IMG/VR virus record: IMGVR_UViG_3300045988_163768
DNA from: a virus
DNA length: 64,000 nucleotides
Strand: one strand, 5' to 3'
The notes beneath the pieces were generated by a model. That model was not told the DNA's origin. It saw only the letters and a list, made by a program, of their open reading frames with translations, and ran no database searches. Below are positions 10,687 through 20,974 of the stretch, in pieces. How positions within the stretch are numbered: the first letter of the stretch is position 1; every line of letters begins with the position of its first letter. A program made the position numbers and the translations under genes.

Positions 10687-10705
10687 ATTTTATATTTCCT
10701 TTCTT

Positions 10706-10724
10706 GGGCGGAGAATCTCCGCCC
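10706..10724. promoter_or_regulatory. GC-rich stem-loop between two minus-strand genes
   Basis: GGGCGGAGAATCTCCGCCC perfect hairpin; no clear U-run on either strand. Confidence 0.35.
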
Positions 10725-10738
10725 GTATTCTATTAAGA

Positions 10739-11497
10739 TTAGTTACAGCCGCATCCGTTATATCCATTATAAATTCTGTTTCCTAATAAGGAAGCTTCAT
10801 ATGGAGAGCAAGTAATATAAGCTGGTTGTGGATAAGGTCTTAAAGTTCCAATCAAATTAGCACTTTGAGCCTGTTGACTTAATTGAAAATTTGCGGTCAT
10901 AAGATCTCTATCTCTATCTGCTAATTTATCTCTTAAATCTTGCATTGTATTAGCATTGATTAACGCTCTTGTAGTATTTCCATCTTCACGAATTGCATTT
11001 ACAATATCGCAAGTATTACGAGAGTTTTCATAGCGAACCGCGTCTATGTTGCGATTCGTTTCACAGCAGCATTGCTGATCCGCAAATTTTGCATCATTAA
11101 TTGCAGATTGGATTCCTGCAAAACCTAAACTCATATTACTATTGACTCCGCCAAAACCTTGACAAAGCTCTCTACCAACAGTATTAAAACCATTTAACAT
11201 AGTTGTATTTTGAGCGTAGAATCCATCACAAAGTCCATTAGATAATCCTTGTAATTGTCTTTGAACGTCGCTGTTGTTAAATCCTTCAAATAAATCTGCT
11301 CTTGTTAAAGCTCCTTGAACTGCGGCACTGTCTACTCCACTTCTATTACCAAAGAAGCCATTTCCGCCCCAAGCTAACAAGAAAAATAAGAAGAACACCC
11401 AAATCCAAGTGCCATTTCCGCCGAATCCAGTGCAATCTCCATCTTTTGCTAAAGCCATAGCATCAGCGATACTTAATCCATCATTCATCATTCCCAT
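10739..11497 (-). CDS. Cys-rich membrane-anchored protein
   Basis: 252 aa. N-terminal TM segment WIWVFFLFFLLAW. About 14 Cys including a CCC motif and a C-terminal CGCN, plus Gly/Asn/Gln-rich stretches. Confidence 0.4.
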   Translation of the reverse strand: MGMMNDGLSIADAMALAKDGDCTGFGGNGTWIWVFFLFFLLAWGGNGFFGNRSGVDSAAVQGALTRADLFEGFNNSDVQRQLQGLSNGLCDGFYAQNTTMLNGFNTVGRELCQGFGGVNSNMSLGFAGIQSAINDAKFADQQCCCETNRNIDAVRYENSRNTCDIVNAIREDGNTTRALINANTMQDLRDKLADRDRDLMTANFQLSQQAQSANLIGTLRPYPQPAYITCSPYEASLLGNRIYNGYNGCGCN

Positions 11498-11551
11498 AAT
11501 AAATCTCCTTTTTTATAATTTATAATTTGTTTTCCATAAAAGCCTTGTACG

Positions 11552-11749
11552 CTAAAATCTAAATTGTTGCTGAAACATTTTCCATGCTTCATCAAAATTA
11601 ATTCCTCTTTGCTGGCATAAATTTTTTGCAATTTGCTCTATCTCTTCTGGTGTTTTTCCAGATACCATTTGTTCTGCTCTATTAAAAAGAGGATGATTTG
11701 CAAACTGCTTTTTTAGTTGTTCCAGATTGTTGCTGTTTAATTGAGTCAT
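11552..11749 (-). CDS. small hypothetical protein
   Basis: 65-aa ORF that overlaps the upstream gene by 68 nt; the true start may be the internal Met at about 11668. Confidence 0.2.
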   Translation of the reverse strand: MTQLNSNNLEQLKKQFANHPLFNRAEQMVSGKTPEEIEQIAKNLCQQRGINFDEAWKMFQQQFRF

Positions 11750-12191
11750 TATCTACATTCCTTTCTAATGTTTCCTTTTTAACCATTTCTTCTCTAATTG
11801 ATGAGATGGCTTTTTCAAATTCAGTTTTAGTGACATAACTTTCTATTGGTGCTACATTTTCTACAAGAGAGTAAGTGTTTAAAGTAGCAGTTCCATCAAG
11901 ATTTATCTGTTTAGTATAAATCTTTTTATTTCCTATGTCAGTAAAAATAAACAACGAACCATCTAAATCAATCTGTGCGGCACGGGCTTCCTCCATGGAT
12001 ACTACTGGTCTACCTTTTAAAAAACTTTGATTTTGAGAAACCATAGTATTATACGGAGTATTCATCTGTTGTTGTTGCTCTAATTGTGCCAGGCGTTGAT
12101 ATTGTTGATTATAAGGGTATTGGTAATAAGGACTGTTTTGCAGTTGTTGTAAATTTTGATACATTTTACTTTTCACTCCTTTCCCTTGCAA
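11682..12191 (-). CDS. hypothetical protein with a Gln/Tyr-rich N-terminus
   Basis: 169 aa. N-terminal QQ/YQ low-complexity region, then a globular part. Confidence 0.35.
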   Translation of the reverse strand: MQGKGVKSKMYQNLQQLQNSPYYQYPYNQQYQRLAQLEQQQQMNTPYNTMVSQNQSFLKGRPVVSMEEARAAQIDLDGSLFIFTDIGNKKIYTKQINLDGTATLNTYSLVENVAPIESYVTKTEFEKAISSIREEMVKKETLERNVDNDSIKQQQSGTTKKAVCKSSSF

Positions 12192-12320
12192 TGGTATATG
12201 AAAAATGACTGGTAATAAATTTTATACTTTGCTCGAAATTTTCATTAAAATTTATTTAAAAAGTAAATTTGGCTCCTAAAGTAAGAAAATAAAAAGCACG
12301 TATAAAATTCTGTATAAAAC

Positions 12321-12361
12321 AAAAAAATAGCCAAGAATAACAATAAATATTATTCTTGGCT
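12321..12361 (-). terminator. rho-independent terminator ending the long late operon
   Basis: 11-bp stem AGCCAAGAATA/TATTCTTGGCT; on the minus strand it is followed by a U7 run (plus-strand A-run 12321-12327). Confidence 0.55.
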
Positions 12362-12370
12362 AGCATTTTA

Positions 12371-12934
12371 CTATCTTGAAAGGCATAATTGTCTTAATCT
12401 ATAAGCTTTATTATTTTTTCCTTCTACCACTTGAAAATCTAAATTTTTGCTACCATCGGATTCTATAATTACTTTTAATTCTGCTGTACGAACATCAGAA
12501 ACTGTTAAAGTATTTTTATCATTTTCCCAAGTTAGATTATATTGAAAAATAGTCATAGCATGGGTAATGGGATCTACAATAGTATAGGATAATTGAATTA
12601 TCTTATTTTCATAATCTACCATATTTACAGGAATCTGTTTTACTTCCATAGGATGACCATTATACTCAGAAAAAATATAAAGACAATTTGCTAATTTTTT
12701 CGCGGCTGGGGTAATGGTCAATCTAATGACAGTACCATCTGAGATCTCATAATTAAGATTTCCGCTACTTGTCCATTCTTTTTCAGCCTTTAAAAAATCT
12801 TCTAAATTATCCAATCCTTGAGTACCTTGATACTGGTCGAATAACTTTACATTTATTGTATCTACTTTAAATTTAAAATCTTTAAAAGTGCCATCTTTTT
12901 GTTTAACTTTAAATGAACTGCTTGTTTCCGCCAT
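12371..12934 (-). CDS. hypothetical virion/tail-associated protein
   Basis: 187-aa ORF at the distal end of the tail gene block. Confidence 0.35.
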   Translation of the reverse strand: MAETSSSFKVKQKDGTFKDFKFKVDTINVKLFDQYQGTQGLDNLEDFLKAEKEWTSSGNLNYEISDGTVIRLTITPAAKKLANCLYIFSEYNGHPMEVKQIPVNMVDYENKIIQLSYTIVDPITHAMTIFQYNLTWENDKNTLTVSDVRTAELKVIIESDGSKNLDFQVVEGKNNKAYRLRQLCLSR

Positions 12935-12948
12935 CTAACACACTCCTT

Positions 12949-13239
12949 TCATTTATTACAAATAAAATCTACAATAGTATATTCATCAACATCCTGCTTA
13001 AATTTTAAAGAAGTAATTTTATTATCATAATCACTCTCCAAAATACCAGTTTTACCTATTTCAAAGATATGACCATTTATTTCTATCTCGTTTCTTACAT
13101 TTGTTTGAATACCTACTTTTTTTAAATAACTTAAATTTCTATAGTTAGTCATAGTTCTAATTAATTCTATAATTTCTTGGTCTTTGGTAAAAGGTCCTCG
13201 TATCTGACCAAAGAATTTATTAACACTTGTATCACTCAT
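12949..13239 (-). CDS. hypothetical protein
   Basis: 96-aa ORF. Confidence 0.35.
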   Translation of the reverse strand: MSDTSVNKFFGQIRGPFTKDQEIIELIRTMTNYRNLSYLKKVGIQTNVRNEIEINGHIFEIGKTGILESDYDNKITSLKFKQDVDEYTIVDFICNK

Positions 13240-13251
13240 ATTTTAACTCCT

Positions 13252-14844
13252 TTAGTCTATTACAAACCAGATACCACCTTCAGGTAAATCATTTATCTTT
13301 GATTCTATATCTGCATCATTCTCTTTACCTACTACAATAGGAATATTAATTAAAGCAGAACCCGCGATGTAATACCATTCATTACTATCATAATCGAATC
13401 CATAATAGTCTTTTATTGTTTCATCAAACTCTATAACTGCAACTTTTCCTTTATCTGCATCTGAAAAACCATTTGGATATAAACGTTTTAAAGCCGCAGC
13501 AATCTGTTGTGTAGTTGCACTACTTGTCAATCCTAAGTCTGAGATTTTTATACGCGGACCTACTAATAATCCACCCTTATCTTTTACTGAACCTAAATCT
13601 AACCATCCTTGAATTCCATTATAAGTAACTGCTTGTCCAGATGAAATTAAACTTTGTCTGCGGGCGGGATCGCTATAAAGAATTAACAAATGATAATTTT
13701 CTTCATTTACCGCTATTCTCATAATATAATTTAATGGATTTCCAATTTCACTAGAAGTTCCATCATTATAAGTTACAGCGATTTTCTGAGTGCCATTTCC
13801 CTCTTGAGTTCCAGTGTTTACCGTTACATTAGAAATCCATTTTAATTTAGTAGATAAAACTACATCTGAAGCACCGCCTGTATAGCTAAGAGTGACAGTT
13901 CCATTTTCCGCTATTGAAATTCCATTAACAAATTGTAAAAATTTACCATAGTCATCATCATGTGTATAATTAATAGTAATCTTGCCTGTTACTCCATCTA
14001 TATAGATATCTTCAATCATATTATAATCTCCTAAGTAAATAGGAGTTAATTCACCATTCGCATTAGCATCATAATTATAATAATCATATACTAGAACTTT
14101 TCTACTATTGGCGATATCATCTGCTTTTTTACTTAAGTTTTCATATTGGACTGAATCATCAGCAACCATTACTCTTAAGTTTTTTAAAGAGTCTCCTTTT
14201 ATTCCTTTTGGAATTTTAATATCCCATTCTTCATAAAAAGGATGAGACTTATCATCAGCTCTTTCAACTAAATTATTATTAGTAAAATTAGCTGTGTCAT
14301 TACTTCTATTATAATATGGACTAACTGAATTAGCTTTAAAGTCAACTACTAAATAAGGAAATTTAAAACCAATATATGCAGTAGTATCTTCTCCATTTGC
14401 ATTTCTAACAGAGCAGTATCCCCATTGAATTTCATCATTATATTGGTCTTCTCCATCTACTTTACCTGGTAATAAATCTTTTCCGCTTAAGGTATAAGAG
14501 CCTTCACCTTTTCTATATTCAAAGCCTTCTTCAATTTGTTTATCTTTTATTATATCTAAAGTAGTAACTTCTAGCATCGGAGCTCTTCCCGCAGGTCCGA
14601 CAATAGCACCTATATAAATAGCTCCCGCAGTTTTCGTATCAGTATAATTTAATCCTCTTCTAAAAACCTTTCCATTATCAGGATCATTTTTGTTCTCAGT
14701 ATTGATTAAAACATATTCCCCAAAAGTAACTTCACTAAAGAGCGGACCTTGTTTAAAATCATTTTTCATTGCCTCGATAGACAAATAGCTCTTTACAATG
14801 ATAAAAGAGACTCCTGGTTTACCTCCATAAAAACTTCCTAACAT
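13252..14844 (-). CDS. putative tail fiber / receptor-binding protein
   Basis: 530-aa beta-rich ORF with composition typical of fibers (G/T/N/Y-rich), located in the distal tail block. Confidence 0.35.
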   Translation of the reverse strand: MLGSFYGGKPGVSFIIVKSYLSIEAMKNDFKQGPLFSEVTFGEYVLINTENKNDPDNGKVFRRGLNYTDTKTAGAIYIGAIVGPAGRAPMLEVTTLDIIKDKQIEEGFEYRKGEGSYTLSGKDLLPGKVDGEDQYNDEIQWGYCSVRNANGEDTTAYIGFKFPYLVVDFKANSVSPYYNRSNDTANFTNNNLVERADDKSHPFYEEWDIKIPKGIKGDSLKNLRVMVADDSVQYENLSKKADDIANSRKVLVYDYYNYDANANGELTPIYLGDYNMIEDIYIDGVTGKITINYTHDDDYGKFLQFVNGISIAENGTVTLSYTGGASDVVLSTKLKWISNVTVNTGTQEGNGTQKIAVTYNDGTSSEIGNPLNYIMRIAVNEENYHLLILYSDPARRQSLISSGQAVTYNGIQGWLDLGSVKDKGGLLVGPRIKISDLGLTSSATTQQIAAALKRLYPNGFSDADKGKVAVIEFDETIKDYYGFDYDSNEWYYIAGSALINIPIVVGKENDADIESKINDLPEGGIWFVID

Positions 14845-14854
14845 TCTAACCTCC

Positions 14855-15595
14855 TTAATACTGGAAATCCATTATGAAATAATCAGTTCCATCTAAATAA
14901 AAATCAGATTTTTTTAAAACAAAACCAATAGATTGAATCTTCATCCCATTATTTAATTCATATATTCCAGTTCTACCTATTCTAATTTGTTCCCTATTGA
15001 TACACATAATCAATCCAGGCGGCCCTTGTACGCCGATTTTAGCTAGCTCTTCTAAATCAGAATAATTAAGATTAGAAGATAAATCTTCAATTATATTATG
15101 AATAGCATAAAAATCATTAACTTCAATATTCATAACTCTTCCAACTACATCCTCTTTCTCTTGATTAGCTTCTTTTAAATCTATTGAAGTTCTATCTAAA
15201 CCAAAAACAATTTGATTATATGTTGAATTAGGAGAAATAATTACTTCGAAAGTTACTTTATTATTTTTTTCTCCCTCTACTAGCTTCGCCGCAACAAAAG
15301 ACTCTATAGTCTGAGTTTCTTTGTTTGAAACATCACTATTCTTTAAAATTAAGTCAAAACTTTGTTCTCCAGAAGTTTTCTTATAAACAGTAAACTTTAA
15401 ATAATAGCTAGTTTGATTATCTAAAACATTACTACCTTCTAATAAAAGTCCTTTGTTTTCAAAAACAAAAGAGTCATCTTCTTCCCCATTGCTGCTTTTA
15501 AAGTGGCTTTTTACGCTTACAATTTCACCTTGTTTGGTAATTTTGTATCTATCTATAGGTAATTGAGTTCTACGAAATTGACCTATTTGATACAT
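14855..15595 (-). CDS. hypothetical baseplate/tail protein
   Basis: 246-aa ORF with a GGAG Shine-Dalgarno. Confidence 0.35.
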   Translation of the reverse strand: MYQIGQFRRTQLPIDRYKITKQGEIVSVKSHFKSSNGEEDDSFVFENKGLLLEGSNVLDNQTSYYLKFTVYKKTSGEQSFDLILKNSDVSNKETQTIESFVAAKLVEGEKNNKVTFEVIISPNSTYNQIVFGLDRTSIDLKEANQEKEDVVGRVMNIEVNDFYAIHNIIEDLSSNLNYSDLEELAKIGVQGPPGLIMCINREQIRIGRTGIYELNNGMKIQSIGFVLKKSDFYLDGTDYFIMDFQY

Positions 15596-15616
15596 AAGTT
15601 TTCTCCTTTCTTATTA

Positions 15617-17644
15617 TTAAAATCTTTCTAAAGCTCTTGTGCAAGATATCGACATTGTACTAGATATGTCTAATGGAAGAGAAATACTTTTTATCATATA
15701 GTCTCCGTAGATTCCACTTAGACTATCTCTTACTGTAATTCTAACATTAGGCTCTAAATAATAAATTGGTAATGCATCTATTGTAATACTTTCATTATAA
15801 CTAGTATATTGATATAGAAGTTCTCGAATCATATTATACGCGGAATTAGATTTCCCTCCTGCGACAATCATATTAAAAATTCTATCTTCCAACTGTACAT
15901 AATCTTGTCCTTTGTTATCACATTCTATTCTTAACTTTTCAACATTTTTATCAGCTAAATTTAATAATACTAAGTCGGGAATCTCTGGTTCAAAAATACA
16001 GTTTATCTTATCGTCATTAATAACTTTAGTTCTTCTTCCTATATTAGATACACTAAGTTCAGAAATTGACGCTGAAGAATCTATGAAATCTAAAAAATAG
16101 TCTATATCACTTGGCGTTTTTAGGTTTTCATCATAAAATTTCCCGTTCTCAATATCATAGAGCTTAGGCCACTCATTCAATAGTTCAGTATAATAATAAT
16201 TAGAATCTGAACCCAAAGGCTCTCCATTAACACCAGATAAATATAACTCAGTCCGCCAATCAGAAGTAGTAATGGAAGTTAATTGATTTTCTATAGCAAT
16301 ATATTTTTCATCTCCATTTTCTGAAGTAGTCCACTTATATATTATGCCTGAATCTTTAGCCATGTAAAAAACATCTGCTTTACCTTCTTTTGGAAAATCA
16401 GAAAAAGTAGGAAAAGTAATAGGGCATTTAGCCTTTTTAATTTTATCATCTGGATCTTCATAGAAAAAACATTTATAAGTATTTCCAACTTTAGGCTTAG
16501 AATCAATAGCTAAATGATAACGAATAGGCATTGTATTTCCATTCTCATTTTCTTTCATACCCCATACTATAAAATCATTTTTTATCATTCCATATTGCGG
16601 GTTATTGGAATAAGAAGTAACTGAACAGCCATCATCAAAAGTATAAACAGACTTACCTTTACTCATATCAATTAAATAATTATCATTTGACATACTATTT
16701 AATTCAACTTTTGCTTGAGAATTGTTTAAATAATTTTTAATTTCTTGAAAAATAAAATTTCCTTCTACATCATAAAAATATTCATAATTCCCTAAAGTGT
16801 CTTTAATAGAGTCCAAAATATCACATACAGTACTTCCGGCATCTCCAATTAATTCTCCTGGATAAACAAAATCCGCGTATACATATCCTATATCTTCTCC
16901 ATATTCATATATCTTATATTCTTGGACATCTTCTTTTGTAAGCTCATCTGCGTTAGTAGTAGGCAAATATTGAATAGTATTATTTTTCATTTTTTTTATT
17001 AAGTAGAAAGGAGAACTTCCTGTCCACTTCATAACTTTCTTAATGCGGGAATCAATATCGCTAATAATAATTTTACTTAATTGTTCTCCGCCAAAATGAT
17101 TAACTACTTCTTGAATAATCTGATAAATTGTTGGATTACTTATTACTATATTGCCATTTTCATCAGTTGTCTCATATTCGTGAAAAGTTGTAGAAGCAGA
17201 AATAGTACCTCCACACTCTCCATTAAGTAAACACATTTTATCTTTCATCTGTAATGATATAGTTACGTCACTAGTAGAATGTGAAATAGATGAATTGATA
17301 TTAACGAAAACGCCTTGTGGAAACCAGATTATTTTGTACTCTTGATATTTTTTTGTAGTATTTAAAATTCCTATTTCTAATTGAATCTTTTTATTTATAG
17401 AAATAAGATTATTTATATTAGTTAAGTCATTTTCAAAAGGACTTGCAACCATAGTTAAATTGCAAGTCCTTCTAATATTTGATTCCCCTTCTAAATTTAA
17501 GCTACCACTTATAGCTTTTCCTTGTATTTCTCTTATTGAATTTTCATAAAAATCTAATAGTACAATTTTTACAAATTGTTCTTTTATTCTTAATTTATCA
17601 ATTTCTCTTAAAAAAGAAGAGTCTTTTAAATAAGGATATCTCAT
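15617..17644 (-). CDS. putative baseplate protein
   Basis: 675-aa ORF; ATGA start/stop overlap with the upstream 906-aa gene suggests translational coupling. Confidence 0.4.
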   Translation of the reverse strand: MRYPYLKDSSFLREIDKLRIKEQFVKIVLLDFYENSIREIQGKAISGSLNLEGESNIRRTCNLTMVASPFENDLTNINNLISINKKIQLEIGILNTTKKYQEYKIIWFPQGVFVNINSSISHSTSDVTISLQMKDKMCLLNGECGGTISASTTFHEYETTDENGNIVISNPTIYQIIQEVVNHFGGEQLSKIIISDIDSRIKKVMKWTGSSPFYLIKKMKNNTIQYLPTTNADELTKEDVQEYKIYEYGEDIGYVYADFVYPGELIGDAGSTVCDILDSIKDTLGNYEYFYDVEGNFIFQEIKNYLNNSQAKVELNSMSNDNYLIDMSKGKSVYTFDDGCSVTSYSNNPQYGMIKNDFIVWGMKENENGNTMPIRYHLAIDSKPKVGNTYKCFFYEDPDDKIKKAKCPITFPTFSDFPKEGKADVFYMAKDSGIIYKWTTSENGDEKYIAIENQLTSITTSDWRTELYLSGVNGEPLGSDSNYYYTELLNEWPKLYDIENGKFYDENLKTPSDIDYFLDFIDSSASISELSVSNIGRRTKVINDDKINCIFEPEIPDLVLLNLADKNVEKLRIECDNKGQDYVQLEDRIFNMIVAGGKSNSAYNMIRELLYQYTSYNESITIDALPIYYLEPNVRITVRDSLSGIYGDYMIKSISLPLDISSTMSISCTRALERF

Positions 17645-20361
17645 GTTACTGAATACTCTCCTTTCTCTACTTCACAAAAATAATCTATTAATGCATCTAT
17701 TGGACAAAGAACATCTCCGTTATCATTAAATACATACCATTTGTCTCTAAAATAAATGAATCTATTATTGATTAACTGTCTCAATAGCAATATATACTTT
17801 TGAGTTACTGAATCTTTAACTATTCCTTTATTTGATGACAAAAATAACATTGGATTTTCATATTTATCACTATGTATCCCATAATTTTTTATTCTATAGA
17901 CCCCATTTGGAATAGGATTTTTTATCTCATTAAAATTGTTTGCTTCAATGCCAGTTTCTATATATTGATTATCCAAATCCATAACTTCTAAATTCTCTCC
18001 AGTAAATTCAGTTAAGTGAAATCCACCAAAATAAAAACCTTGAATAATCGCATCATCACTATATAGCTGTAAAACTCCAGTCTCTCCAATTACGTGTCTA
18101 AATAAACTTTCATCTTCTGAATCTTGTACATAAATAACAACTCCTGGATTAGCTTCTACATTAATTCCATTTATAGAAACTAATTTTTGATAATATGTTT
18201 TAGTATCTTCAAAATATTTTGAGTAAACTTTGTTTATTAAAAGATCTTTTATACCAAAAGTACCAAATAATTGACCAATCTTTTGAGTATAATAAACTCT
18301 ATCAACTTTTCTACGAGTATCTTCTTCTTTTGTATAAACGTAAACATAATCAATAGTAACATTACAATCAACAGGAAAAACTAATGAAGTTATATTAATA
18401 CCATCATCTCTTAGTTCATAAAAACCGCGTTCTTTTACTATGATATTTTTTCCATTAATCGTCACTATATATCCTTGAACTAGATTATTTGATTTTTCAT
18501 TTGGTAATGCAGGGCGGGGATTACTCCCATCTACAATTAAATAAGGCTTTGAATTAAATTCAACTTTCAAATAGCTTAAATATTGAGGAACATTTACTAC
18601 ACCTGTTTTACTAAATTCTGCATATTTTTCTGAAATTACAGAAAAAATATTAGTATTCTTTCTAAATTCTCCATATAGTTGACCAATTTTAGAAAAAGTA
18701 CCTTCTATATATGATACTGTTTCTCCACTTAGTTGAATATTATATTTATTATAATTGACCAAATTGCTTTCATCTATTTCATATGCGTTCGCGGAAAATG
18801 AATATAACATTCTACCTAATGTTTGATTAGGGGTTAAAGTAACATCCATTAACTTAACTAATATATTTCCTTCTGTTGTTGACCTAAAAAGTTTAACAGA
18901 ATCTTCATATAAAAAATCCAATACCTTATCTCGAAACTTCTTCTCATATATAAAATCTCTATAATCAGAAATATTCTGTTCACTGTTATATTCTTTATAA
19001 AGATTTTTACTTTCACCATAAATTTCATCTTTGCTAGTAAATAATTCTTGTTCATCGCAAAAGCTAGTTATCAATCCAGTGATAGGAAACTGACGATAAT
19101 TCATATTGCCATTTCTTCTAATATATGGAAATTGAGAGCCTATGGTGTCCGTCTTAGTTTCTGAAATAGTATGTTGGAAAGAAGAAATCTGATTATCAAA
19201 TTTTAATTTTAAATGTTTTCCGTTCGCACTTAAATAACTATCTTCAAGATTTAACATGATTGGACTATCAATTTGAATTATCGGACCTCGATCTCCACGC
19301 CCATTTGTTTTCTGAGCACAATACTTATACCAAATGCCGCTCTCAACAGTGTAATCGTACCAAGTTAAATCCAGTTTTTCACTCGCAACAATACTAATTG
19401 TATATATATCTTCCCAAACTTGAAAATTACTGCTACTGGAGGTTCTTCTGATTGTAACGTTTCCAAAAAAAGTTTCATCTTTTGTACTTAATATATGAAT
19501 TTTAACTCGCCCTTCATCAAGATCATCTAATGCGGTTATAGTAGCATTTAACCTATCTATTCCATAACTAATAATAATGAAATTATACGATTGCGTAGAA
19601 GTATAATAATTATTTGTAGTGTAAGTAATATCTACTCTATACTGAGTCCCTTCTTCTAGTTGATAATTTAAAGTATAATTAATTTCATTAGGACTATATG
19701 GATTAGAATACAAAATCCCACTATCTATAACAGGCTTTGCTCCCTCTGTCTCACTATTATAAATTTGAATTTGATAGGTTTTTAAAAATTCTTTTTCAAG
19801 AGTAGAATTAGCAGAATAATACATTGAACCTACTATTGATGTAACTTGATTTGTAAAAATAATTTCTTGGTCTAATCCATTCTCGAATCCTACAATAGAT
19901 AATTGTGGCTTCTCTATACCTTTAATAACACAAACCGTAGACCATTCAGAAAAATAACTTTCATTACTTGATAACCAACTAGCTATTTTATTGGTATCGC
20001 TTGGAAAACTAGTAGCATTTATACTAGTAAAACGAATTTGAACTTTATAAAATTGATTAACTCCAAACCCCCTATTTCCTGCTAAATCTGAGGGATTTAT
20101 TTCTACATAATATTTATCATCAGCATTTCTTTCTGAATCAATCAAAATATTAGATACTTTTATGCCCGCGGGGTAAGTGACGGAATCTAATACAGATGCG
20201 TTAGTACTTTGATTACTTACGATAATCTGTGCGTTCATTACTTCTTTTATATCATTATATCTTGACAATGAAAAATAAACTCTACAAGTTTGAGTTCGTA
20301 CAAAGGCTGGCATAAATGTATCTATAATTGGGGGATATAAATTATTTCCTATGCTTGCCAT
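17641..20361 (-). CDS. putative baseplate / tail structural protein
   Basis: 906-aa ORF in the tail block. Confidence 0.4.
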   Translation of the reverse strand: MASIGNNLYPPIIDTFMPAFVRTQTCRVYFSLSRYNDIKEVMNAQIIVSNQSTNASVLDSVTYPAGIKVSNILIDSERNADDKYYVEINPSDLAGNRGFGVNQFYKVQIRFTSINATSFPSDTNKIASWLSSNESYFSEWSTVCVIKGIEKPQLSIVGFENGLDQEIIFTNQVTSIVGSMYYSANSTLEKEFLKTYQIQIYNSETEGAKPVIDSGILYSNPYSPNEINYTLNYQLEEGTQYRVDITYTTNNYYTSTQSYNFIIISYGIDRLNATITALDDLDEGRVKIHILSTKDETFFGNVTIRRTSSSSNFQVWEDIYTISIVASEKLDLTWYDYTVESGIWYKYCAQKTNGRGDRGPIIQIDSPIMLNLEDSYLSANGKHLKLKFDNQISSFQHTISETKTDTIGSQFPYIRRNGNMNYRQFPITGLITSFCDEQELFTSKDEIYGESKNLYKEYNSEQNISDYRDFIYEKKFRDKVLDFLYEDSVKLFRSTTEGNILVKLMDVTLTPNQTLGRMLYSFSANAYEIDESNLVNYNKYNIQLSGETVSYIEGTFSKIGQLYGEFRKNTNIFSVISEKYAEFSKTGVVNVPQYLSYLKVEFNSKPYLIVDGSNPRPALPNEKSNNLVQGYIVTINGKNIIVKERGFYELRDDGINITSLVFPVDCNVTIDYVYVYTKEEDTRRKVDRVYYTQKIGQLFGTFGIKDLLINKVYSKYFEDTKTYYQKLVSINGINVEANPGVVIYVQDSEDESLFRHVIGETGVLQLYSDDAIIQGFYFGGFHLTEFTGENLEVMDLDNQYIETGIEANNFNEIKNPIPNGVYRIKNYGIHSDKYENPMLFLSSNKGIVKDSVTQKYILLLRQLINNRFIYFRDKWYVFNDNGDVLCPIDALIDYFCEVEKGEYSVT

Positions 20362-20393
20362 ATTATTTTCTCCTTTTTTCTCTTTAATTTAAT

Positions 20394-20876
20394 TCAATTA
20401 TCTAAATCAGAAGGCGGCTGGTTTGGTAAATCTTTAACTTCATCCATCAATTTTTCAATAAAAGAATTGCCGCCTTCTTCTACATATCTTTCAAATCTTC
20501 TTTGCATACAATCTAAGCTATAATCATCTATCCACTTTTTTTTATAACAAAAATAATGATGATCTTTAGTTAAATCAGCTTTTATATCATCTTTATCAGA
20601 AGAAATTAACATTTCTAATTGTTTATGAATTGCTTTTAATTGTTCATTAGTTTGTTTCTGTTGTTTGTCTAAAGCCCGCATTTTATCAGCTCCATAAACC
20701 AATCTCTCTTCTAATACTTCTTTTTCTTTATCTCTCTGCGTCTCTTTACTAAAAGCCTTTTTTAATCGTTCAGTTGCCCAATCATAAAAAGAAATAACTC
20801 CTTTTATAGCCAAAGCAAAAGTGATTAAAAAAGCCGCAATTTCTGATAAAGAATATTTTGCTAATAGCTCTATCAC
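20394..20876 (-). CDS. membrane-anchored coiled-coil protein
   Basis: 160 aa. N-terminal TM (IAAFLITFALAIKGVI), then coiled coil, then a Cys/His-containing tail. Confidence 0.35.
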   Translation of the reverse strand: MIELLAKYSLSEIAAFLITFALAIKGVISFYDWATERLKKAFSKETQRDKEKEVLEERLVYGADKMRALDKQQKQTNEQLKAIHKQLEMLISSDKDDIKADLTKDHHYFCYKKKWIDDYSLDCMQRRFERYVEEGGNSFIEKLMDEVKDLPNQPPSDLDN

Positions 20877-20974
20877 AAAACTTGCCCTCCTATTTTGTCT
20901 TTCTTCACAATATTTTAAAAAAAGAAAAAAGTAATTAAATAGTTCTACCCATATAGAGCTACTAAAAACCTATA

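Noticed and set aside
11682-12191. Q/Y-rich N-terminus of the 169-aa protein as a prion-like or spore-coat domain
   Set aside because: The low-complexity region is short and no supporting homology is recognisable. The observation is folded into the terminal-cassette finding.
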